Below are positions 19,318 to 28,800 of a stretch of DNA of 64,000 bases, in pieces. Source of the stretch: Candidatus Latescibacterota bacterium (lineage in GTDB: Bacteria; Latescibacterota; UBA2968; UBA8231); contig OZ253462.1 in NCBI GenBank assembly GCA_965261395.1, positions 1,792,001 through 1,856,000 on the forward strand, in the 5' to 3' direction. The notes under the pieces are model-generated. The model did no database searches. It had not been told where the DNA came from and saw only the letters and a list, made by a program, of their open reading frames with translations. Position 1 is the first letter of the stretch. Each line of letters starts with the position of its first letter. The translations under genes were made by a program, and so were the position numbers.

Positions 19318-21738
19318 GTGCTCGGAAGCAAAAATAGAAACCCGAACCAAGAGATCGAAGAATATCGGGATCTAATGCAGGTCCCGGACCGCTTCGAGAA
19401 CGGCTTTACGATCAAGGCCATCCTCGGCGTGTTCTTCGTTGCCTTTATCATGGTGCCGGGCAACATGTACTTGAGCCTGATGATCGGCGGCTCGCTAGGG
19501 GCGGCGGCCGAGTGGGTGACGATCATCCTCTTCGCCGAAATCACCAAGCGCTCCTTTTCCACCCTCCGGCGCCAAGAAGTCTACGTGCTGTTCTACGTGG
19601 CCGCCTCGCTGATTGCCGCTGAGACCGGTGCCTTTGAGGGCTTGCTCTACAACCAGTACTTGGTGCAATCGCCAGCGGCCAAGCAGTTTGGCATCGCCAA
19701 GCTGATCCCCACCTGGGTGGCACCGCCAGTCGACTCCCAAGCCATCCTCGAGCGGACCTTTCTGCACGCGGATTGGGCGATGCCGATCGTACTCTTGGTC
19801 TTGGGGATGATCATCTGGCGCGTCAACTGGTTTACCATGTCGTACGCGCTCTTCCGGCTCAACTCCGACTACGAGCGCCTGCCCTTTCCCTTCGCGCCCG
19901 TAAACGCCCAAGGCGCTACGGCACTGGCCGAGACTACCCAAGGACTTGAGACTTGGCGCTGGCGGGTATTCTCGGCGGGGGCAATGATCGGCTTGGTTTT
20001 TGGCACGATCTACGTGGCCCTGCCGGCGATTACCGGCGCACTGCTGACCGAGCCGATCCAACTCATACCCATTCCCTTTGTTGACTTCACGCAAGTCACC
20101 GGCAACTTCATCCCGGCAACTCCGCTGGGATTTACCGCGCACTTGGGGCCGATCTTCGTCGGTTTAGTAGTGCCGTTCTGGGGCGTGGTTGGCACCTTTA
20201 TCGGCATCGTCGTCGCCGCCATTGCCAACCCGCTGCTCTATACTTGGACGCCTTCGTGGCGCGAGGAGCCTTACCTGAACCTGTGGCGGCAAGGCATGGG
20301 CTCGATAGATACCTTCTTCGTCAACAACGTTGATTTCTGGATGAGCTTTGGCATCGGCACCACCATCGCTATCGCCATCATCGGCATCTATCAGGTAGTT
20401 CAGAGCGTGCGTGGAGCCAGGGCCAACACCGGGGAGGAAGGCGAGCCCAAGCGCAGTTTCGCCACCCCCGAGGGCCGCGGCGATTTTCCCATCTGGGTGG
20501 CGCTAGCCCTGTACGCCTTGGCCACGGCCGGCCTGATCGGCATCGCCGCTTGGCTGCTGCCGGGCATTGCCCAATTTATATGGTTTTTCCTCTTTTTTGG
20601 TTTCGTATTCACGCCCTTTCAGTCCTTTGTCAACGCTCGCCTAGTCGGGATGGTAGGGCAGACGGTGGACATCCCCTTCGTGCGCGAGGCGACGATTATT
20701 CTCTCTGGGTATCGCGGCGTTGACATCTGGTTCATTCCGTTTCCCTTGGGCAACTACGGTGCCCAGACCCAGAAGTTCCGCGAGATCGAATTAACCGGCA
20801 CCCAGTTTACCAGCATCATCCGCGCCGAGATTTTCATGGTGCCAATCGTGCTCTTTACCAGTTTTCTCTACGGCTCCTATATCTGGAAACTGGCACCGAT
20901 CCCATCGGCATCCTATCCCTATGCCCAGCTATTCTGGCGGCTGCGGGCCTATCAGCAATGCCTCTTTATTACCGGCACCATGCGCAGCGAACTCGCCATA
21001 GACAACGATCGGGCGGGATGGACCCCGGCTAACCTGATCGAGAACGAGTGGTGGTACTGGCGGGTGCGGTTGGTGGATCAGGAGTGGCTGGACTCCAATG
21101 GCAAGCTCGGTCAAATCGGCCCGTGGATGCCGACCCAAGTTTTCTACTCGTACTTCGACCAAGGGTCACCCGACATCGTCGCCGAACGCTACCTGCGCGA
21201 CGAGCAGCTAGCCGAAGAGGACATTGTCGCGGGCTTGCCGGCAATTGCGCCGCTAGGGCCGGCCATGGACACCGTCATCCGCGACCCCCGCCCAACCCTC
21301 GAAGTGAAGGTCGGGCGAGCCGTGCCCGCGGGATGGTCCTTCTACTTCGAGGTCGATGCCGATCCGCTCTTTACCAGTTCCTGGATCCAGCGTTCCACCG
21401 ACGAGCCTTGGCTGTATAAAGCGCTCAAGCCAGAGGTCATGGCCTTCGGAGCCGGCTTCGGGCTGGTGAGTTTCATTCTGCTCTCCATCCTCGGGCTGCC
21501 GATCCTGTTGATCTTTGGCTTCGTGCGCTCGCTGACGGTCCTGCCGCATCTTGTGGTGACCGAGATCGTCGGCGCGCTCTTGGCTCGCTACTACTTCTGG
21601 AACAAGTACGGGCGACAGGAGTGGCGACAGTTTGCCCCGATTCTGGCGGTGGGCTTCTCCTGCGGCATGGCATTGATGGGGATGGCGGCGGTGGGGGTCG
21701 CCCTGATCCAGAAATCGGTCTCCGTGCTGATCTTCTAG
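19318..21738 (+). CDS. OPT-like polytopic membrane protein with inserted beta-sandwich domain
   Basis: 806 aa, many TMs, DYERLPFPFAPV motif parallel to ERLVYPL of 12496..14460. GTG start with SD GGAGG. Confidence 0.72.
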   Translation: MLGSKNRNPNQEIEEYRDLMQVPDRFENGFTIKAILGVFFVAFIMVPGNMYLSLMIGGSLGAAAEWVTIILFAEITKRSFSTLRRQEVYVLFYVAASLIAAETGAFEGLLYNQYLVQSPAAKQFGIAKLIPTWVAPPVDSQAILERTFLHADWAMPIVLLVLGMIIWRVNWFTMSYALFRLNSDYERLPFPFAPVNAQGATALAETTQGLETWRWRVFSAGAMIGLVFGTIYVALPAITGALLTEPIQLIPIPFVDFTQVTGNFIPATPLGFTAHLGPIFVGLVVPFWGVVGTFIGIVVAAIANPLLYTWTPSWREEPYLNLWRQGMGSIDTFFVNNVDFWMSFGIGTTIAIAIIGIYQVVQSVRGARANTGEEGEPKRSFATPEGRGDFPIWVALALYALATAGLIGIAAWLLPGIAQFIWFFLFFGFVFTPFQSFVNARLVGMVGQTVDIPFVREATIILSGYRGVDIWFIPFPLGNYGAQTQKFREIELTGTQFTSIIRAEIFMVPIVLFTSFLYGSYIWKLAPIPSASYPYAQLFWRLRAYQQCLFITGTMRSELAIDNDRAGWTPANLIENEWWYWRVRLVDQEWLDSNGKLGQIGPWMPTQVFYSYFDQGSPDIVAERYLRDEQLAEEDIVAGLPAIAPLGPAMDTVIRDPRPTLEVKVGRAVPAGWSFYFEVDADPLFTSSWIQRSTDEPWLYKALKPEVMAFGAGFGLVSFILLSILGLPILLIFGFVRSLTVLPHLVVTEIVGALLARYYFWNKYGRQEWRQFAPILAVGFSCGMALMGMAAVGVALIQKSVSVLIF

Positions 21739-21739
21739 C

Positions 21740-22732
21740 ATGAGCGATCGGGTGGATTTTGCTTGGCAAGGACTGCGGTTGTCCGTGCCTGACGACTGGA
21801 ATCTCGGCCGAGTTGACGGGGATTTTGAAAAGGGCTATGCCCGCCTCGACGACGCCGAAATCGTGCGCGCCGAGATCGAATGGCGGCGTCTCAAAGGCCG
21901 CGGCGAGGCCCTGCGCCTGACCGAGCTGGTAGATCGCTACTTGGCCAACTTGCAAAAGAAGGCCCAAAAGGTCGATGCCCCCTTTGAGGTCCAGCGCCGC
22001 GCCCGATTCCTCAAAAACAAGAAATTCCTCGAAGGCCGCGACTACGAGGTCTTCATCTGGGAGGCCGACTTTCGCGCATACAATCTAGCGCTCGCCTTGA
22101 AGTCCGGGCGGGTAGTGCTCCTGAGAGTGCTGGCTAGGCTAGACGAGTCCCTGCCCGAGCAAGCCGAGGCCGTGTTCAGCTCGCTCGTCGACCAAGAAGG
22201 CGAGGCCGCCTACCTGTGGAGCGTGTACGGCTTGCGGTTTTTCGCGCCCAGCGACCTCAAGCTACAAAGCCATGCCCTCAAGTCGGGCCACATCCAGCTA
22301 GAGTTTACCCTCGGCAAACAGGTTCTGCGGGTGCATCGGTTGAGCATGGCCCGAATCATGCTCAAAGAAGCGCACATTCAAGACTGGTATCCGGTTTTTT
22401 TTAAGAAGCAATTGCGCGACTTCGTGGTGGACATTGCTCCAGAGGCCGTGCAGGAACACGAGGGCATTCGCGTCGAGGGGCGGCCGCGCAGCCGCTGGCG
22501 TCAGTTGATCCGTCCCCTGCCCTTTATGAACCCGAGGCCGCGCCTGTATCTGCGAGGGCGCGTCTGGCGCGATGCTAGCCTCGACAAGATCTTCATCGTC
22601 GAGCACCTCTACCGCAAGAAAGACACAGCAGACGAGCTAGTCTCCAAGGTAGTAGATGGGCATTTTATCGAAAGACAAGGGACCCAAGCTGAGCCGGGCC
22701 GCCATGCTGGCGTCGCGGCCAACACGCAATGA
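21740..22732 (+). CDS. Hypothetical soluble protein with two similar halves
   Basis: 330-aa ORF starting 1 nt after the previous stop. No TM or signal peptide. Confidence 0.75.
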   Translation: MSDRVDFAWQGLRLSVPDDWNLGRVDGDFEKGYARLDDAEIVRAEIEWRRLKGRGEALRLTELVDRYLANLQKKAQKVDAPFEVQRRARFLKNKKFLEGRDYEVFIWEADFRAYNLALALKSGRVVLLRVLARLDESLPEQAEAVFSSLVDQEGEAAYLWSVYGLRFFAPSDLKLQSHALKSGHIQLEFTLGKQVLRVHRLSMARIMLKEAHIQDWYPVFFKKQLRDFVVDIAPEAVQEHEGIRVEGRPRSRWRQLIRPLPFMNPRPRLYLRGRVWRDASLDKIFIVEHLYRKKDTADELVSKVVDGHFIERQGTQAEPGRHAGVAANTQ

Positions 22733-23087
22733 GTCCCTGAGTTGGGAGAACAACGACAACGGCGAGGTTCAGGTCTCAATAAAGCGCCAAGAGACCTGGA
22801 AGGTGAGGCTGCTGTCCAAGTTTTTCTACATACCCAGGCAGCGCAAAATCACCCTCGACGAGGTCGGCAGCGAGGTCTGGCGGATGTGCAACGGCCGCAG
22901 TTCGGTCGGCGAGATGATAGAAGAGCTCAGCGACAAGTACCAGCTCAACCGCAAGGAGGCCGAGGTCTCTCTGCTCCAATATTTGAAAACTCTCGGGCAG
23001 AAGCGCTTTATCGGCTTTGTGCTAGCAGGCGACGAGAGGCCGCCCGATCGCGGCACGGCCAGCGGCAAAAAATGGCAAAAGAAATAG
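22656..23087 (+). CDS. PqqD family / RiPP-recognition-element-like protein
   Basis: ITLDEVGSEVWRMCNGRSSVGEMIEELSDKYQL...LLQYLKTLGQKRFI winged-helix signature. Confidence 0.85.
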   Translation: MGILSKDKGPKLSRAAMLASRPTRNESLSWENNDNGEVQVSIKRQETWKVRLLSKFFYIPRQRKITLDEVGSEVWRMCNGRSSVGEMIEELSDKYQLNRKEAEVSLLQYLKTLGQKRFIGFVLAGDERPPDRGTASGKKWQKK

Positions 23088-23692
23088 AGAGGGGCGAGCA
23101 ATTAGCTCGTCCCTCTTTTAGTCTGCACCCGCACCGAGTCGCACGCTTCCTCTCGCACTTGCTCAATCCCGCGTTGTTGGCGCTGTTGGTCTTTGGCGTC
23201 CAAGCGCACGTGCTGGGCGACTGGCGCGGTGGCGCGGTGGCCATTGGCACCTTCTCTGTTGTACCTGGGTTGCTACTCTGGCACTTGGTGCGCTCGGGCT
23301 ATCTCGATAAAGCCTATACAGACGACCGCAACAAACGCGGCACCCTGCTCTTGTTGGGCGCTTGTTGCTACGCTTTGGGGGGAGCGGCCCTTTACGGGAT
23401 CAGTGTCCCGCCCCTGATGCTGGTCACAGCCGCGTCCTGTGTCATCAACACGCTCTTGGTCTGGTGGATCAATCGCTCCTATAAGATCAGCATTCACGCG
23501 GCTGGCGTCGGAGGGGCGACCTACATATTGTTGATCAGCGTCGGCAGTGCGGCGTGGCCCTTTTTGCTAAGTTGGCCGGCCGTCGCCTGGGCGCGGCTTT
23601 ACTTGCGGGCGCATACTCCCATGCAACTCGGCGCGGGCGGTGCGCTGGGCGTTGGGAGTACGGCACTACTGTACAATGCTTTCATGTTGTGA
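23072..23692 (+). CDS. PAP2-like membrane protein
   Basis: About 6 TMs, KISIHAAG and VAWARLYLRAHT motifs. Start reassigned to ATG 23072 (uncertain). Confidence 0.65.
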   Translation: MAKEIERGEQLARPSFSLHPHRVARFLSHLLNPALLALLVFGVQAHVLGDWRGGAVAIGTFSVVPGLLLWHLVRSGYLDKAYTDDRNKRGTLLLLGACCYALGGAALYGISVPPLMLVTAASCVINTLLVWWINRSYKISIHAAGVGGATYILLISVGSAAWPFLLSWPAVAWARLYLRAHTPMQLGAGGALGVGSTALLYNAFML

Positions 23693-23701
23693 GCACGGCA
23701 C

Positions 23702-25876
23702 ATGAACCAATCGTATAAGGGCTTTATAGATCGCCTGACCTACCACAACCCGGAAAACGGCTATACCATTGCGCGCTTAGTCGTCGAGGGCCAGCGGGAG
23801 CGGATCGCCATCGTGGGGGCTATTGCCTCCATCCAAGAGGGCGAGAGCATCGAAGTCGAAGGCGTGTGGACCAATCATCCCCAATACGGCAAACAGCTCA
23901 AGGTGGAGCGCTATAAGGCCGTTTATCCCTCGACCCTCGAGGGGATGCAAAAGTACCTCGGGTCCGGTTTGATCAAAGGCGTCGGGCCGAGGTCGGCCAA
24001 GCGCATCGTCGATCACTTTGGCGCGGAAACGCTCGACATCATCGACGCGGATCCCCACCGGCTAGCGGAGGTGCCCAAGCTGGGCAAAAAGAGAGTCGAG
24101 CTGATTGCCGAGGCTTGGGACGAGCAGCGGCACATCAAGGACGTGATGGTCTTTTTGCAGTCGCACGGGATTACCACCGGCTACGCGGTGAAAATTTTCA
24201 AGACCTACGGCCAAGAGGCCATTCACAAGGTGCGCAGCGATCCCTATCGCCTAGAGCGCGATGTGGATGGGATCGGCTTCCGCATCGCCGACCGCATTGC
24301 CCAGCGCTTGGGCCTAGACCACGATGCACCCGAGCGCGTGCAGGCCGGCATCCGCTACCTGCTCTCCGAAGCGGCCGACGAAGGCCACGTGTATCTGCCG
24401 GCCGTCGAAATGATGGAGCGGGCCGTCGAAATTTTGGACATCAACGCCGAACTGCTGCCGCAGGCATTAGAGGCCCTGCGCGCCAGTGACGGAGCAGTCA
24501 CCGAAGATCTGCGATACTATCTGCCGCCGCTTCACCGCTCCGAAGTGGGTGCAGCATCGTCGCTAAAGCGGCTTTTGCGAGCGCCGGCCGAAGCGTTGGC
24601 CGTGCCCGCAGAAGCGGAGGACGGGCTGGAATTGGCCCCGGCGCAAATACAGGCCGTGGAACTGGTCGCCACCAGCAAGGTGCTGGTGCTAACCGGCGGG
24701 CCGGGCACCGGCAAGACTACGGTCACGCGGCGCATTTTGCACCTCTTGGAGGAAGGTGGCCTCAAAGTCGGGCTGTGTTCGCCTACGGGCCGCGCCGCCA
24801 AGCGACTGAGCGAGGCCAGCGGGCGCGAGGCCAAGACCATTCATCGGCTGCTGGGATTTCAGCCGGGTGAGCGGCAATTCAAAAAGGGCTACGACGACCG
24901 CCTCGAACTCGATGCGCTGATCGTCGACGAGGCTTCGATGATCGACGTGGTGCTGATGAACGCGCTCCTGCGCTCCCTGCCCGACCACGCTCGGCTGGTG
25001 CTAGTCGGCGACATCGACCAGTTGCCCTCGGTGGGGCCGGGCAACGTGCTCCGCGACATCATCGACTCTGCAAAAGTGCCGGTGGTGCGCCTGACGCAGA
25101 TTTTTCGCCAAGCCGAAAAAAGCCACATCATCCGCAACGCGCACCGCATCAACAGTGGTGAGATGCCCATCGTCGAGAACCATGCGGACGCGGATTTCTA
25201 CTTCATCCAAGAAGGCGACCCAGAGCGGGTAGTCGAGCTGGTGGAAGAGTTGTGCGCCACGCGGCTGCCCAGCTATCGGGAGTGGGATCGGCGCGCCGAC
25301 ATCCAAGTGCTTGCGCCCATGTACCGCGGCGAGACCGGCGCGCTCAACCTCAACCAGCGGCTGCAACAGCGCCTCAACCCGCACGGCCAAGTGCACCGCC
25401 ATCGCGGGGCTGAGTTCCGGGTCGGCGACAAGGTCATGCAGGTCAAAAACAACTACGACAAGGGCGTTTTTAACGGCGACATCGGCACGGTCGAGCGGCT
25501 CGACGCAGAAAAGCAGGTCCTCTACGTGCGCTTTGACTACACCTTGGAATACGATCAAGTCGATCTCGACCAGCTCACCCTCGCCTACGCCATCAGCATC
25601 CACCGCTCTCAGGGGTCGGAATTTCCCGTGGTGGTGCTGCCGCTAACGACGCAGCACTACGTGATGCTCCAGCGCAACCTGCTCTACACGGCGATTACCC
25701 GCGCCAAGCAAATGGTTGTCATCGTCGGCACCCCCAAGGCCCTCAAGCTGGCCATTGCCAACGACAAGGTCGCCCAGCGCTACACCACGCTCAAAGAGCG
25801 GCTGCGCGGCGAGGTCGGCGCGGTGATGGAAGCAGGACAAGCCATCCCGCTGGAACCGACACTGCCGAGCGATTGA
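23702..25876 (+). CDS. recD2: ATP-dependent RecD-like DNA helicase
   Basis: HhH region LIKGVGP, GGPGTGKTT, DEASM, GDIDQLPSVGPG, YAISIHRSQGSE, LLYTAITRAK. Confidence 0.95.
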   Translation: MNQSYKGFIDRLTYHNPENGYTIARLVVEGQRERIAIVGAIASIQEGESIEVEGVWTNHPQYGKQLKVERYKAVYPSTLEGMQKYLGSGLIKGVGPRSAKRIVDHFGAETLDIIDADPHRLAEVPKLGKKRVELIAEAWDEQRHIKDVMVFLQSHGITTGYAVKIFKTYGQEAIHKVRSDPYRLERDVDGIGFRIADRIAQRLGLDHDAPERVQAGIRYLLSEAADEGHVYLPAVEMMERAVEILDINAELLPQALEALRASDGAVTEDLRYYLPPLHRSEVGAASSLKRLLRAPAEALAVPAEAEDGLELAPAQIQAVELVATSKVLVLTGGPGTGKTTVTRRILHLLEEGGLKVGLCSPTGRAAKRLSEASGREAKTIHRLLGFQPGERQFKKGYDDRLELDALIVDEASMIDVVLMNALLRSLPDHARLVLVGDIDQLPSVGPGNVLRDIIDSAKVPVVRLTQIFRQAEKSHIIRNAHRINSGEMPIVENHADADFYFIQEGDPERVVELVEELCATRLPSYREWDRRADIQVLAPMYRGETGALNLNQRLQQRLNPHGQVHRHRGAEFRVGDKVMQVKNNYDKGVFNGDIGTVERLDAEKQVLYVRFDYTLEYDQVDLDQLTLAYAISIHRSQGSEFPVVVLPLTTQHYVMLQRNLLYTAITRAKQMVVIVGTPKALKLAIANDKVAQRYTTLKERLRGEVGAVMEAGQAIPLEPTLPSD

Positions 25877-25890
25877 TCCGTGGCGGGCCC

Positions 25891-28800
25891 TCAAGCGACT
25901 GAAACCTTGTCTTCCTCAACCGTTACCGCGCCGTCCTGCACCAGCTTTTTCAGCGCGGATCCTACCTTCCGATTCGCTTTGGCCGTTACGCGGCGAAAGC
26001 CCATCAGCGATAGGGCCTCAGAAATGGCCTCTTCTTCTGACATGCTAAAGGCCGCACGGATTGCCGAGATCAAGGCCGCACGAATTTCCTCGTCGGGCAC
26101 CAGTTCGATTTTCTTAACGGTGGGAGGCATGTCCGAGCGGTCTCGCACCCGTACAGGCTTATTGCTATCGGCAAACAGGAAGTCGCCTTCTAAGTGGAGA
26201 AAGCCGTTCCTTTGACCGTATTCGGCGGCCCGTTTTATATGCCCTAGCATTCTCGAACCCACACGGGCAAAACCGGCCGATTCAGCGAGTCGTCGCGCCG
26301 CCTCTGTCAGGTGAACGGAGCCTTCAATGTCAATCACCTTGCGCATGGCTTGAGCGACATTGCCTAGTGGCAACTCGTGGATTTCGGCGAATTCAGCAAT
26401 GCCCAAATCGCCCGTGGCCAACACATAGGCGTCGGCCCGCAAGGTTTTTTCCGTCGGCTCGTCGCGCTCGATGCGCTTGGGCTGCGCTGCGGCACGGGGT
26501 TGCTCGGCGTGGGTTTCTTCCGTCCCGTAAAAGCGTAGCGCTCGGTCAATAGAATCCTTGAGGCGCACGCTTTCTCCATGGGGGTCCCGGAACCAGTCGG
26601 TACTCCAAATGCGATGGAAGCGCCAGCCCAAGCCCTCTAGCACGCTTTGGCGCAAACGGTCGCGGTCGCGGGCCGTTGCCGAGCTGTGATAACTCGCGCC
26701 GTCGCACTCTACTGCCAAAATATAGCGGCCGGGCTTTTCGGGGTCGCGCACGGCAATGTCAATATAGAAGCCTGCCGAACCCACTTGCGGCTCAATGTCA
26801 TAGCCTAGATGGCGAATGGCGTCGCTCACGGCCTCTTCAAACGGCGAATCCGCCTCCTTCCCGGTTTCGTGGCGATGCTCTAATTCACCGGTCTGAGCGT
26901 AGTGCAAGAAGCTCTTCAAGGCGCGAACCCCAAACGGCGAATTGCTCTCGGTTTTAATGTCGTCCGCCATAAAATTGCTAAAGACCTCCATCGCCAAGCG
27001 TGCGCGCGTGATCAACACATTCAAGCGGCGCTCACCGCCCTCGCGGTTCACCGGACCAAAACTCGTGCTTATGTTGCCAGCGGCCGTACGGCCATAGCCA
27101 ATGCTGATGAAAATTACATCGCGCTCATCCCCCTGCACGTTCTCCAAGTTTTTTACAAAAAAGCCTTCTAGCGCGCCCGTAGTAAAAAATTCCTCACAAC
27201 TCGGCTCTAAACGCCGCAACCGCTCGATTTCCAACAAAATACAATCGCGTTGAGCCGTCGAAAACGCGACCACTCCCAAGGTCATATCCGGGTGCGCTTT
27301 GGCGTGGCGCATGACCGCCTCGGCTACGGCGCGCGCCTCCACCGGGTTAGTGCGCGAACTGCCGCGCTCGTACACTGACTCGGGCAGATGGTTAAATGTC
27401 AAGCCCTTGGCGTAGGGATTCACCCCGGGGCTGGGGAAGATCATCAAGCGGCCATCGTAAAATTCCCGATTGGAAACGGCAATTAGGGAATCGTGTCGGC
27501 TCCGATAGTGCCAGCGCAACATGGACTCCGGTACCCCTTGCGACAAGAACATACTCAGAATACTCTCAATGTCGGCGGTCTGACTCTCTTCGTCGTCTAG
27601 CTCCAAGGCTTTAGTAAAGAAGTCCGTCGGCGGCATCTGGCGCGTGTCCCCAACCACCACAACCTGTTTGCCACGCAGAATCGGGCCGATTGCATCCACT
27701 ACTTTCACTTGACTGGCTTCGTCAAATACCACCAAGTCAAAGTCCAACACCCCTTGCTCCAAGTAGGTCGCTACCGACATAGGGCTCATCATAAACACGG
27801 GCTTTATTTGCTGGATCGCGCGGCCGGCTTGGGTGATTAGCCGACGAATCGGCATGTGGCGGCGCTTCTTGTTTATCTCGCGGCGAATAATCGCCATCTC
27901 ACCAGCAGCGTTGGCCGCCGGCAAGCTGTGGTAGTGTTTCAAGACCAACTCTTCTTGGGCGTGATACAACAGATCTTCATCTAAGCGTCTAAATTCAGCG
28001 ATGGCGCTTTCGTGGCTCATCCGATTAAACCGCTTGAGCGTCTCACTCTTGTTATACGCCTCATTCACCAAGCCCTCGTAATAGGCTTTCTTCAGGGATG
28101 TCAGCAACAAAGCTGGTGGCCATGTCCAGTCGTAAGACAATCGGTCGATTTGTTCCAACTCGCTGGCGCAAAGTTTTTTTCTCAGATGGTTATAGCGCGC
28201 CATCTGCTCTAAGGTGCCGATTCGATCGCGCCAACGATTGAGCTCGTCTTCCATTGCGCCCAACGGTTGCTCTTCAATGGATCGCGCTTCCATCCCCAAA
28301 CGCTGGTTCACCTCGTCGATTAGCTTTTTCAGTTCGCCAGCGGTGCGCTCAAGCGCCTCCAACTGCTCCTCGCCGCCTTTGAGTTTTCTGCCGCTCTCCA
28401 AGAATTTTAGCAAGCCTTCCGGCACCGTGCCCTCGCCTACTTCTTTGTACAACTCGACGACCCAGGCACTAAGTACCTTCAGTGAACTCCAATCGCTACG
28501 CGGCCCTTTCCATTGTATCCCCAACAGGCTTTCGCCCAAGCACTCGTGCTCGGTGTATGGCTCGCGCAGGGCTTGGTATTTGAGAATGTCGTCGATGAGT
28601 GCCACGCATGCTTCCGCACCGGCTGGCAGTTCGCCTTTCACCAAACCTTGCAGAGTGCGTTGGGCTCGGCGGAAGCTGGGAAAAATAAAACGCCACCAGT
28701 GACGGCCCGTAGTGGCCCACGCTTGGCGCACACTCAACAGGTTGGCCTGCCAAGCCTGCTCGATCAATTGCTCGCGCCGCTTGTCTTGCAACGCCGTCAT

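Noticed and set aside
12496-23692. RiPP or PQQ biosynthetic cluster because of PqqD and a peptidase domain
   Set aside because: No precursor or modifying enzyme recognised, and the peptidase motifs are degenerate.
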